NCBI GenBank assembly: GCA_016930435.1
Contig: JAFGGQ010000148.1
Location: 1 to 61,595, forward strand
DNA: 61,595 bases
Origin: a bacterium
GTDB taxonomy: Bacteria > UBP14 > UBA6098 > JAFGQG01
Direction of reading: 5' to 3'
In this document: piece by piece, positions 8,001 to 15,844 of the stretch
Position numbering within the stretch: position 1 is the first letter of the stretch
How the letters are laid out: every line of letters begins with the position of its first letter
Made by a program: the position numbers and the translations under genes
Notes under the pieces: model-generated
Database searches by the model: none
What the model was told of the DNA's origin: nothing
Seen by the model: the letters and a program-made list of their open reading frames with translations, nothing else

Positions 8001-10753
8001 TCATAACTGACATCCTACCTTTACCAGGATCCACTATAGAGGATACCTCGCCGTTCATAGGATTTAGAATCGTCGACCCTCTATCCGGGGCCGATACAAG
8101 TTCCATGCAAATGACCGTGGACGGATGTCCGGTGAGTCCTTTTTTTTCCTGGTCGGGAACCGACTGGGAGGCCGGTTGGGAAGCCGCTGGGCCATTTATA
8201 CCCGGCGACAGCGTATTAGTATGTATTACCATAACAGACAGCACAGATTATTGTGAGGATAATCGACTGGATAGTTGTTGGGTTTTTTATATCCAGGATA
8301 CATGGCCCGAGATGAATGCCTCTATCATTGAGCCTCTCCCAAATACCTGGACCAGTTGCGCCGATCAGGCTATTATAATGCATCTTTTTGAAGGCGAAGG
8401 GGGGTGCACCGGTGCTCTAATTACAGAAGATGGAGAAATCCCGGAAGTATTGATCCTGGGTCCATTTGATTCCTCCGAAGAGCCATTGACCGACGCCGGA
8501 CTTTCAGAAATTCGGCCTTCCGAAGGGGATACTACTCTTGGCTATGCATGGTTTGCTGAAAATCCCTATCATTTCAGCTCGGATTACCATTGTGACTTGC
8601 CCTACATAGGGTTCGATTTCTATGATCTGGGTACGGAATGGAGTTCTATTCATGGATCATGTTATATACTTTTTTATCTTTGTACTCCCGAGGAACGAGA
8701 CATCTGTATGGCCTGGTGTATCGATGATGATATCATGATCTGGCTAAACGGCAGTCTTATATATTCTGATCGCGATGGTTCTGCCGAGTATGATTATACT
8801 TGTGATTTTCACCTTACTCCTGGTTATAATACGGTGCTTTTATGGGCTTCAAACTCCGGGGGGTTGAGAGCCTGGGATTTTAAATGGCATTTCGAAGATA
8901 GCCTCGGTGAATCTATTACAGATCTTTACTATTCTATTACATCGCCAGCCAGTGGGGCTTTAAGTTGCCCCATTGATCCTTCTTCCATACTCTTTACTGT
9001 AGAAAGTCTTCTTTATTCGGTGGGTGACGGTTTCTTGTCCTTTAGTGACGATTCAGTATTAACCTGGATTCCTATTTTACCGGATACTTTCCATAATGGT
9101 GATACTATAACAGCTTGCTTAGTAGCAGCAGATGACAGTTGTGGAGGAACCATACCCGATCTACCAATATGCTGGAATTTTTATGTTGATCTTACTCCCC
9201 CAGCTGTATTTAATATTTACCCACCCCCTGATACTACGCTATTTTATTACTTAACTGAATGGACATTTTACCTAGTGGATTCCTTATCAGGGCTTAACAC
9301 AGCTTCATTAACCCTAAATGCAAATGGTATTGAGATAGACCCTTGGATGGAATGGAGGGAAGAAGGATTGTGGATATCATGGAACCCGGACTCTGAAATG
9401 CTTTTTACTGACTCGGTGGCAGTCTGTTTATCCCTATCTGATACTACGGACTATTGTCCAGATAACTGGCTGGATACTTGCTGGAGCATCTATTTAGAAA
9501 ATCCCTGCAGCTTATTTCTAGCCTTACCTGAAACGCTTGCCTATCCAGGTGATACTTTGATTATACCTTTATTTTATAGTACTGTTGGAGCTTTTTCTAC
9601 TGATAACTTTCAATGTATCATCCAATTTAGAGAGGAGATTATCCAAATATTGACTTTGGAATTTGAAGATAGTCGAATGGATGATTGGACAATGGTAGAT
9701 TTCGATACCAGTATCAGTGGATTTTTAACTATTAGCGGGTCAGGAGATTTTATTCCCGAGGATTCCATTTTATGCTGGATAAAGCTATTGATAAGATTCA
9801 CTGCTTCAGAAGGCTGTTATACGGAACTCAGCTTCGGTTCGATAGATCTCTTTGACAGGGATTGTTACTTGACCTGGGAGAATGGTTTCATAAGCTTGCT
9901 TATAAGGGAGAGGGAGTGGTTGTTTGATCTGGTTTTTAGAAGCATTCAATTTAGAAATTCTACCATACTTACCATGGGCATGAACAGTTTTGGGTCGGAA
10001 GCCTATGATTCCGGCTTGGATATTATATATTTACCGGTACCCAGCTCCCCGCCCACCTGGTTCACCCTGGATGATTCCTCCGCTCCGCATATAACGAAAC
10101 TATCCAGGGATATTAGAAATGTTTCAGAAGTCCCTCAAATATGGACTGTCCATACTACTGATTATGAAGGTGATTTATCATGGATACCGGAACTACTGCC
10201 ACCAGGGGATTTTCTTATTAACGAACTTGTTGATATGCGAGCTAATGATGAATATCACTATGAAGCTTTTGAAGTACTGACTATTGAATATGATCGTCCC
10301 GAATTGGGACGATATACCTTTTCTCTGGAAGAAGGCTGGAATATGATATCATTCCCGGTTATCCCAACTTGCGGGGATTGGTATGACTGGTTTCCCGAAA
10401 TGTTAGGTGCAGCTTATTACTACGATCCTGAAAGCAGATGTTACGGTACAGCAACGTTACCCGAAAGGGGCAAAGGATATTGGGTTTATTTAAGAAGTGA
10501 TACTATAATCGAAATTGTAGGCTATCTTATAGACAGCTATAATTTGGAGATTGCTGAAGGTTGGAATATCATTGGCGGGACCACTGATACGGTGATAGCG
10601 GATTATATCGGATACGATCCGCCGGTTATAATAATTACGCCTCTTTATTTCTATTCTATGGGGTATTACTTGGATTCCTACGAATTAATTCCAACAAAAG
10701 CCTATTGGTTGTTTAGTATGGGAAATTCCCTTATTTCTGTAAGTGCTCCATAA
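2063..10753 (+). CDS. Giant (2896 aa) secreted, acidic, Cys/Trp-rich modular surface protein. Order: GATase-like N-domain, 3 type-A scaffold modules with different inserts, 2 type-B modules with PA14-like inserts, cohesin-like domain, twin GWN-repeat C-terminus
   Basis: GTG start after AGGGGA; signal peptide MGKKFLLIMVIVGFCANICLA; WFWEETxC and AARDSFCNWGYDSC each x3; ASIIEPLPNTWTSCADQ and CPIDPxSI each x2; LALPETLAYPGDTLIIPL (cohesin-like); LEEGWNMIS/IAEGWNIIG. Confidence 0.85.
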   Translation: MGKKFLLIMVIVGFCANICLAERCNILIYTTGGMYAGDRFDSLKAVLEDMGNTVRLEDRTSISDLSSLLPGDYSQCWFINGDTNRAVSLNTEERDSIILFAESGGGLVILADHVSGLASYHADANFICQEWLLQFSGNRNHSFGGSHTCNPYILFSDHPISESITTLFTTISEAEIHFSGLDTDCHPIAIYAEDTLQCSFEMDDAKIFLDGCFERYLDEFIHECGGDSLVRNISCWLEPHGCGCEELYVSSIDYLWFWEETDCNDSNIVHICYLLSGDTSNITISLSSDGGLTWEVPLFTLLDTVGDLGSEVAPGEHCFQWLMNEDLPDSEGMNWMLEIATGYSRGSCSDSVLYILADSFYIGYREGQDLAHTDSTMLLVANPYSSIISIYEFSKCTSALLRSAEIPVAASSPHQGITYAFGFIWVTGHDGVIYKVDHSTLMVEGRYALDRSGLAGSPYYEGLTYDDSLLYVIEDWSAVGGASMIFGFDPDSALSCSVALLPRAIDIDVPDYNYEGFTMAGGVFWCTCPGDHSIKGIDLSGAVVEDYPAPGPLTNGAAWDGCYLFLSDRNSPWVFIYGDGARLWEWLCPSSLRANANLDSRPPEINLFCPEGTFVEGDTIIFDWSVSDSFWVNEPCSLHIYGSGRDLHFEVSDTYFIWESSFACSSCTVVVAARDSFCNWGYDSCVVIIEPAVTSPRIDSLWFWEETECDDTNRVHICYHLSGGISDVYIEASTNGGMTWDVPLETLEDTTGDIGSDILTGYHCFTWILSEDLPNWEGELLLSICAPIGDSIEYFYDFEDGTYSDFEEYVPGRFFVVDDEAYTGSLSVYCAHTTGGDHDRIIHFDHRFSKGRITCWFKCMGPSADGDLYINYDTSAMSGYRCSYRPRYTDDHDFFVASLVDGRPDEYLLWHDPIHVDRYEWFKGEMVRDDDWIYINVYDSFNVLVDEDSIRDCRYCTYCPGQATGVGLFNGGYLDDVLIKFIPLDTIGISNYIDSYPPRVFVRCPVESMSPGDTVEISWHVDDLFWANDPCSLHIYGSGRDLHFEVSDTYFIWESSFACSSCTVVVAARDSFCNWGYDSCVVIIEPAVTSPRIDSLWFWEETECDRINIVNICYILSGDSADISFRMSADSGLTWSVPLDSLINMENDLGWVDTGVHCFEWVISSDLPDTETCRFTVEIISRSTMVGELSNSSFDDFSEGDTTSNVKIMSPDPDGTDDGALWIPPGEDTIKVLQIEAGGPYYTPCIPEAIYAYMLEGDPPLSIKIYQINISAFNASAVSPSSMLEVSYVDYSGLLSPPESISLASFDLLIFGTRDCYGHYDLTLSSADAVRSVVIGGSGLMLTHDTATPHAPCGDHSNFCSLYDITGITCDPDIPTDDWEGFTSVIRVVETDLPILNTPFDIPDTFDVMLTHWLGQGVSAGWILYTGLDAPYSAFDNGLYWQAYHNPLYNSFSTFFSYGHRPLVPEEWESKAMINSLFFSLNGGIGTGVYNSPVYEYCEGTSIDTVVWSLTVPPCGGELNIQIAVDTSIGITESWTDWIPVITAIHDLPAFDQLRYRVGITVQPGCESPILHWIRFRLTEPDYSSYHYTGCLDSRSPEVVLRCPESLFLERDMIIFDWSVSDSFWVNDPCSLHIFGCGTELHTEVSDTYFIWESSFACSSCTVVVAARDSFCNWGYDSCIINIEASVPITASIIEPLPNTWTSCADQFIGIVLHPGSIMGWICEGETLNSRGELPAALIIGTWDGDTTPFRGEISPSPGDSYGGRTWLTQEANYCTTYCYFTCGISPAAVWPEEYATAYMHFYICSPDNREAVLYIDEHDNALTIWHNGDSIYYYDRQRLCTEVSVHLEACWNRFLFKVYNTTMTTSAAWNVTWAFWDSTGSPMTDLRYILEVPDTSYRSHCPIDPGSIDLTLNGEHFSVGDGYLDLVEDTILSWIPMIPDFFEDGDTVEACLLYAGDSCGGTLEAPLCWNFWVDLSAPLITDILPLPGSTIEDTSPFIGFRIVDPLSGADTSSMQMTVDGCPVSPFFSWSGTDWEAGWEAAGPFIPGDSVLVCITITDSTDYCEDNRLDSCWVFYIQDTWPEMNASIIEPLPNTWTSCADQAIIMHLFEGEGGCTGALITEDGEIPEVLILGPFDSSEEPLTDAGLSEIRPSEGDTTLGYAWFAENPYHFSSDYHCDLPYIGFDFYDLGTEWSSIHGSCYILFYLCTPEERDICMAWCIDDDIMIWLNGSLIYSDRDGSAEYDYTCDFHLTPGYNTVLLWASNSGGLRAWDFKWHFEDSLGESITDLYYSITSPASGALSCPIDPSSILFTVESLLYSVGDGFLSFSDDSVLTWIPILPDTFHNGDTITACLVAADDSCGGTIPDLPICWNFYVDLTPPAVFNIYPPPDTTLFYYLTEWTFYLVDSLSGLNTASLTLNANGIEIDPWMEWREEGLWISWNPDSEMLFTDSVAVCLSLSDTTDYCPDNWLDTCWSIYLENPCSLFLALPETLAYPGDTLIIPLFYSTVGAFSTDNFQCIIQFREEIIQILTLEFEDSRMDDWTMVDFDTSISGFLTISGSGDFIPEDSILCWIKLLIRFTASEGCYTELSFGSIDLFDRDCYLTWENGFISLLIREREWLFDLVFRSIQFRNSTILTMGMNSFGSEAYDSGLDIIYLPVPSSPPTWFTLDDSSAPHITKLSRDIRNVSEVPQIWTVHTTDYEGDLSWIPELLPPGDFLINELVDMRANDEYHYEAFEVLTIEYDRPELGRYTFSLEEGWNMISFPVIPTCGDWYDWFPEMLGAAYYYDPESRCYGTATLPERGKGYWVYLRSDTIIEIVGYLIDSYNLEIAEGWNIIGGTTDTVIADYIGYDPPVIIITPLYFYSMGYYLDSYELIPTKAYWLFSMGNSLISVSAP
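3965..4192 (+). repeat. Intragenic 228-bp direct repeat, copy 1 (module A1/A2 junction)
   Basis: Aligns by eye with 5150-5377 with 7 mismatches, all synonymous. Confidence 0.93.
5150..5377 (+). repeat. Intragenic 228-bp direct repeat, copy 2 (module A2/A3 junction)
   Basis: About 97% identical to 3965-4192; encodes PCSLHIYGSG...WFWEETECD. Confidence 0.93.
6901..7099 (+). repeat. Intragenic repeat, copy 3 (mosaic of copies 1 and 2)
   Basis: The 5' part gatcatattc...gtaaatga matches 3919 onward (copy 1 flank). Internal SNPs agtttg and atttgggaa match copy 2, while cgggattca matches copy 1. Confidence 0.88.
7133..7176 (+). repeat. 44-bp direct repeat opening module B1 (partner at 8318-8361)
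   Basis: gcctctatcattgagcctctcccaaa(c/t)acctggaccagttgcgc, 43/44 identical. Confidence 0.9.
8318..8361 (+). repeat. 44-bp direct repeat opening module B2 (partner at 7133-7176)
   Basis: 43/44 identical to 7133-7176; encodes ASIIEPLPNTWTSCA. Confidence 0.9.
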
Positions 10754-10830
10754 AAGCATAGAGAAATCAGTCAATTATTGAATAGTATTCAGAAGCAAAA
10801 TCAATAAGTGCAATTACTCGGAAGGATCTA

Positions 10831-11700
10831 ATGTATTGTCCAATATGTGGGGGGAAATTTAAGGAAATCAACATTGGCAAGTCCTGTCTCCTTTTAAAAT
10901 GCAAGCAATGTGGATTACTAAAAAGGGATTTAGATAAATGTTTTGCCCATGCTAGGGCTTTTCAAGATTTTGGAGGAAATTCTCAGCTCGATAAGTGGCG
11001 CTTGGCAAATGTAAAGCTTTTAGTGGACAGGATTATAAATAAATATTTCAGTAATAGGAAACAGAGTATTCTCGATATAGGTTTCGGAAGGGGATTTTTA
11101 TTAAAGGCTTTTATACGAGAAGGACATTCAGTCTGGGGGATAGACCACGATCAAAGAATGGTTGATAAAGTCTCTATGGATCTCGAACGTTCTTATAGAT
11201 CGAATATCATCCATTCCGAACTAGAAAAATTTGAGGTCCCCTCAGGTTGTTTTGATATAGCTTATATGGTACATGTTATAGAGCATTTAAAGAACCCCAG
11301 CATCGTTTTGGGAAGGCTCTACGAAGCTCTTAAACCAGGTGGAATATTATTAATCATCACTCCAAATGGGGATAGTGCAAGTTTGAGATTATTTAAAGAA
11401 AACTGGTGGTTTCTGGAGGACCCCACGCATTACTACTTCTATAATCATACTTCTATGCATATTCTATTAGAAAGCGCAGGATTTAAAATTATTAGCAGGC
11501 AGCCAGTCTTGGGGGAAAGTTTTACACTGGAAGCAAACAGTGCTCTCAGGTGGTTGGGCTTTTACAATCTTAATAATCCTACCTTGACTTTCTCTTCCTT
11601 GGGACTATCGCTCTTATTTAACCTTATCAGAATTGCTTACCCTGATCTTCATCCCTCTATTACTGCTATAGCACGAAAAAAGGATGATAATAATCATTAA
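10831..11700 (+). CDS. Class I SAM-dependent methyltransferase with N-terminal Zn-ribbon (type common in polysaccharide loci)
   Basis: CPIC...CKQC; ILDIGFGRG motif I; HVIEHL; LKPGG; TPN. Confidence 0.85.
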   Translation: MYCPICGGKFKEINIGKSCLLLKCKQCGLLKRDLDKCFAHARAFQDFGGNSQLDKWRLANVKLLVDRIINKYFSNRKQSILDIGFGRGFLLKAFIREGHSVWGIDHDQRMVDKVSMDLERSYRSNIIHSELEKFEVPSGCFDIAYMVHVIEHLKNPSIVLGRLYEALKPGGILLIITPNGDSASLRLFKENWWFLEDPTHYYFYNHTSMHILLESAGFKIISRQPVLGESFTLEANSALRWLGFYNLNNPTLTFSSLGLSLLFNLIRIAYPDLHPSITAIARKKDDNNH

Positions 11701-12674
11701 CTCAGCTTTTTTACCCAATAATCCAGCAGATCTTTCATGGTTTGGTCAAGAGGTATCTCAGGTTTCCAACCTGTAGCTTCTTGAACTTTCGTTATATCTG
11801 GTATCTGGATCTGGATGTCGATTTTTCGATAAAGATTTGGATGAACGTACATTTCTACTTTCTCCAGGCCGGAAAGCTCAAGAAGTTTTTCGGTGAACCA
11901 ACGCATTTTCTTTACTTCGTTTCCACCAACGTTATAAGCTTCTCCGCTTTTGCCTTTTAACATCAGCAGATAATAGGCCTTAACGCAATCACGGACGTCG
12001 ATTACCACCCTTTCAGTATCAAGATTCCCAATATTCAGGACTTTATCTTGAATGCCTAACATCATTCGGGCAATCTGGTAGGCATCGGAAGATATTGAAA
12101 AATTCTTGCCCCTTCGGGGTCCTGTATGTGAGAATGCTCGGGTTATAAAACCATCAATAAACCCATTATTGACTCTTTCTTGAAGATAAAGGTCAATAGC
12201 GGCTTTGCTTGCTCCGTATGGATTAACAGGCATGATCTCAGTAGTCTCATCAATTTTCCCGTAAGTTTCACTTGCCCGGCCATAAACCTCAGAAGTGGAA
12301 CAGAACATCAGGCGACATTTGTTCTGAAATGATTGAATAGCATCTATTAAATTCACAGAACCCTGCACATTATCTGCAAATGTCTCAACTGGGTCAGTAA
12401 AACTGGTAGGGGGGTGACTTTGAGCAGCAAGATGGAAGACTCCATCATATTGGTTTTCAGTGAATATTTTATAAAGGCTTCTTAAATCTTTAAGATCCCC
12501 GAATAGCCATTTCATCTTTTTAAAAGCCTCATCCTCCATAACATCAATCGTATCCACTTCCCTTCCATTGCATACCCTTATCAATCCATAAACTTCATGA
12601 CCCTCTGCAACCAACAGATTAGCTAAGTGGGGCCCTACAAAACCTGTAGCACCGGTTATTAAATATCTGCTCAC
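11697..12674 (-). CDS. GDP-mannose 4,6-dehydratase family (Gmd/Rmd-like) extended SDR
   Basis: GATGFVG, HLAAQS, STSEVYG, YGASK, RAFSHTGPR. Start moved to GTG 12674, which follows GGGAGG (the track start is 12746). Confidence 0.85.
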   Translation of the reverse strand: MSRYLITGATGFVGPHLANLLVAEGHEVYGLIRVCNGREVDTIDVMEDEAFKKMKWLFGDLKDLRSLYKIFTENQYDGVFHLAAQSHPPTSFTDPVETFADNVQGSVNLIDAIQSFQNKCRLMFCSTSEVYGRASETYGKIDETTEIMPVNPYGASKAAIDLYLQERVNNGFIDGFITRAFSHTGPRRGKNFSISSDAYQIARMMLGIQDKVLNIGNLDTERVVIDVRDCVKAYYLLMLKGKSGEAYNVGGNEVKKMRWFTEKLLELSGLEKVEMYVHPNLYRKIDIQIQIPDITKVQEATGWKPEIPLDQTMKDLLDYWVKKLS

Positions 12675-12780
12675 ATTGTCCTCCCTTTTACAAAATCTTT
12701 CATTATTTAATTCAATTTGAATTTTTAATATAAATTTATATTTCATTCAGTCAATATAATTTATGAATTTGGCTTTTAAC

Positions 12781-12808
12781 TTGACTTTGTATCTGCTCCG
12801 TTTATAAT
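12781..12808 (+). promoter_or_regulatory. Putative sigma70 promoter for mutS2
   Basis: TTGACT-N16-TATAAT, about 40 nt upstream of ATG 12850. Confidence 0.65.
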
Positions 12809-12849
12809 TTGGGCTTCAGAATTACTAAATTCTATATTATACTTTAATT

Positions 12850-15204
12850 ATGGATAACTGGTATCTACATAGCTCTTCGGTTCTGGAACTGCTGAAGGTA
12901 AAAGGTCTTCTGCAGGAATATTGTGTTTCACCCATGGCTAAGCAAAGAGCAGCAGACTTGAGCCCTTTGAACTCCCGGGAAGAGGCCGGGTGGTCCTTCT
13001 CCTTTATCAGCGAGATAAAAAGGATGCTCCAGCAAAGCCATAATCCCAATCTTCACGGGCTTCATGATATCAGGGAATATTGTTCCAAAGCCGCCAAGCA
13101 GGGGATATTGAACGAGGAACAGCTATGGAAGGTCATGGAGGTACTCTGCCTCACCGAGCAACTGATCAGACTCATCCGGAAGAGCAACGATGAATACCCG
13201 ATGCTGCGGGTTTTTTTATCAAATCTGATCACCCTCATCCCCCTGGATTCTCAGATCGAACGCTTTCTCCAGGCGCCCGGGGAGATCAGGGAAAATGCCA
13301 CCCCCACCCTTGTAAACCTCAATAAACAGTACGAGATAGTCCGGGAAAGGATACAGGGTAAACTTGAAGGATATCTGAATTCCCGTAAATTCTCCGGATA
13401 TCTCCAGGAGCCACTGGTTACTTTCAGGCAGGGGCGGTTTGTTATTCCGGTTCAGGCGGTTCACAAAGAACGGATACCGGGTGTTATTCATGACCGTTCC
13501 GCCAGCGGGGCTACGCTCTTCGTGGAGCCTTTTACCGTGGTTAGTTTCAACAATGAGCTCAGGGAGATAGAGCTCAAGATCAAGGCCGAAAAAGAGCGAA
13601 TATTGCGATTTCTTTCCCAGTTGATCGGGGCCAAAGCAGATACGATTAATTCCAATGTGGATTATCTTGCAACCCTGGATTTCTACACCGCCGCTGCCCA
13701 TCTCTCACAACGCTACGATGCTGGAGCCCCGGATTTTAGCAAGAATGGCGACTTTATCCTTAAGCGAGCTTATCATCCCCTGCTCCTTGAAGAGCGATAC
13801 AAGGACCCTGAATTTAAACCAATTCACCTGGATCTGGAGCTTAAAGGAGCTATAAATGCCCTGATAATTACCGGCCCTAATATGGGTGGCAAGACGGTCA
13901 CCCTGAAGACTATCGGTCTGCTTTCCATGATGGCGGTGATGGGGCTTCATATCCCTGCGGCTAACGGGACCACTATGCCCTTCTTTAAAAAAATATTTGC
14001 CGATATAGGAGATGAGCAGTCCATTGAGTTCTCACTGTCCAGTTTTGCTTCCCATATCAAGCACTGGTGTGAGGCTCTGGATGGGGCCGGCCCCGACAGC
14101 CTGGTGTTGTTGGATGAATTGGGTTCCTCAACCGCCCCGGAGGAAGGCGCTCCGCTTTCCATCGCCCTACTGAATAAACTGGTTAAAAAAAAGGCCCGGA
14201 TAATAGCGACAACACATCTGGGTACACTGAAAACACTTGCGGCCCAACGCCCGGAGTTTGATAACGCCGCCATGGAATTCGACCCGGATAACCTCAATCC
14301 CACATACCAGTTAAGGATGGGTGCTCCCGGAAGAAGCTGGGCATTCCAAATCGCTCAGGTGCTGGGACTCCCACAGGAAATAATAACCAGCGGTTACCAA
14401 CTGCTCTCACAGGAAGAAGTTAAGATCGATAACCTTACCCGGGAATTGGAAGAACAGATTACTACCCTTCAGAAAAAGAATGACCAGGTTAGTGGATACC
14501 TGCAGGAACTCGAAGGCCAGAAAATGATGCTGGAAGGGCTGCTTAAAAGCAATAAGGAGAAAGAAGAAATACTTCTGAGATTAAAAAAGAGATATGAAAA
14601 GGAAAAAAACGAGATGCTCAAGGATTTTCTGGAAAAAGAACGGCATCGCCTAAGGATATTGCTTCCCGACAGTAATGATAAGGAGACCCTTCATAGAGCG
14701 ATTGAAACCGTCGAAGATAACCTTAAGAAAGTGAAGAAGAAGCAGGATCGGTTTCGAAAGATAAATTATGAATTCCGTGAGGGGCAGCACGTTAATATTA
14801 TCTTTATGGATAAAGAGGGCGAAATTCTCAGTCTCCCGGATAAATCTGGATACCTGAAGATACTGGTGGATGGATACCAGATGAATATTCACGGCAGCGA
14901 ATTGGAGCCTTTAAAGGAGGATAAGAAACCACAGCAGAAGCAGATTTTTTATAAGGAAAGGAAGCCTCCTGAATCCCTTAATCTATTGGGGCTGCATTTT
15001 GCGGAAGCTCAGGAGAAGATCGATCAGTATATTGATGATGCTATCGTGAAGGAAAAGAACGATCTACTGATAATCCACGGGAAAAAGGTGCTCAAGGATA
15101 AAGTCCGGGCATACCTGCGTAATAACAAGAGGGTTGAATCTATTGAACCGGCTGAGCTTTGGGAAGGTGGTGATGGCGCTACGGTCGTTAAATTGAAAAT
15201 ATGA
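12850..15204 (+). CDS. mutS2: MutS2 family ATPase with C-terminal Smr domain
   Basis: HDRSASGATLFVEP, Walker A GPNMGGKT, DIGDEQSI, LLDELG, coiled coil, Smr ending EGGDGATVV. Confidence 0.93.
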   Translation: MDNWYLHSSSVLELLKVKGLLQEYCVSPMAKQRAADLSPLNSREEAGWSFSFISEIKRMLQQSHNPNLHGLHDIREYCSKAAKQGILNEEQLWKVMEVLCLTEQLIRLIRKSNDEYPMLRVFLSNLITLIPLDSQIERFLQAPGEIRENATPTLVNLNKQYEIVRERIQGKLEGYLNSRKFSGYLQEPLVTFRQGRFVIPVQAVHKERIPGVIHDRSASGATLFVEPFTVVSFNNELREIELKIKAEKERILRFLSQLIGAKADTINSNVDYLATLDFYTAAAHLSQRYDAGAPDFSKNGDFILKRAYHPLLLEERYKDPEFKPIHLDLELKGAINALIITGPNMGGKTVTLKTIGLLSMMAVMGLHIPAANGTTMPFFKKIFADIGDEQSIEFSLSSFASHIKHWCEALDGAGPDSLVLLDELGSSTAPEEGAPLSIALLNKLVKKKARIIATTHLGTLKTLAAQRPEFDNAAMEFDPDNLNPTYQLRMGAPGRSWAFQIAQVLGLPQEIITSGYQLLSQEEVKIDNLTRELEEQITTLQKKNDQVSGYLQELEGQKMMLEGLLKSNKEKEEILLRLKKRYEKEKNEMLKDFLEKERHRLRILLPDSNDKETLHRAIETVEDNLKKVKKKQDRFRKINYEFREGQHVNIIFMDKEGEILSLPDKSGYLKILVDGYQMNIHGSELEPLKEDKKPQQKQIFYKERKPPESLNLLGLHFAEAQEKIDQYIDDAIVKEKNDLLIIHGKKVLKDKVRAYLRNNKRVESIEPAELWEGGDGATVVKLKI

Positions 15205-15334
15205 ACTGAAAACCGGTACAATTTGAAATGTTAATATTTGGAGTTTTATAAATAATGGAATTAAGTTTGAAAATATAAGGTATGATCAAAAAAAGGTTGC
15301 CTAAAAACACCATATATAACTATATTGAACCGTT

Positions 15335-15844
15335 ATGAATAAGCTAAGGGAACTTAATGAATTAATATTTTTAAGGAACAAGTGGAGGTCCGAGGGGAAG
15401 AGGGTCGTTTTCACCAATGGGTGCTTTGATCTCATCCATAGCGGCCATATTGAGTTACTGACCAGTGCCAAAGCTCAGGGCGAGCTGTTGATCGTAGGCT
15501 TGAATTCGGACAGCTCGGTACGGAAGATAAAGGATAAGGGCCGCCCGATCGTGGACGAGACAAACAGGGTGATCGTGTTATCCGCCCTTGAAATGATAGA
15601 CTATATTGTTTTGTTTGAGGAGACCACCCCTGAAAAACTGATCTCAGCCCTGCTCCCGGATGTTTTGGTGAAGGGCAGTGATTGGGCTATCAGTGAAGTA
15701 GTGGGCAGGGAAGAAGTAGAGAAGAATGGGGGCAAGGTTATGTTGGTAGATCTTTTGAAAGGGTTCTCCACCAGTAATATCATTAAAAATATAATCAGCA
15801 ATTATTGTCCCCCTGATAATGAACATGAAGAAGCTGCAGATTGA
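15335..15844 (+). CDS. rfaE2: D-glycero-beta-D-manno-heptose 1-phosphate adenylyltransferase (RfaE/HldE domain II)
   Basis: VFTNGCFDLIHSGH, GLNSDSSV, PDVLVKGSD, GFSTS. Confidence 0.92.
   Translation: MNKLRELNELIFLRNKWRSEGKRVVFTNGCFDLIHSGHIELLTSAKAQGELLIVGLNSDSSVRKIKDKGRPIVDETNRVIVLSALEMIDYIVLFEETTPEKLISALLPDVLVKGSDWAISEVVGREEVEKNGGKVMLVDLLKGFSTSNIIKNIISNYCPPDNEHEEAAD

Noticed and set aside
12675-12746. N-terminal extension of the GDP-sugar enzyme given in the ORF track
   Set aside because: The sequence is AT-rich and intergenic-like. GTG 12674 has a GGGAGG site and places the Rossmann motif at the N-terminus.
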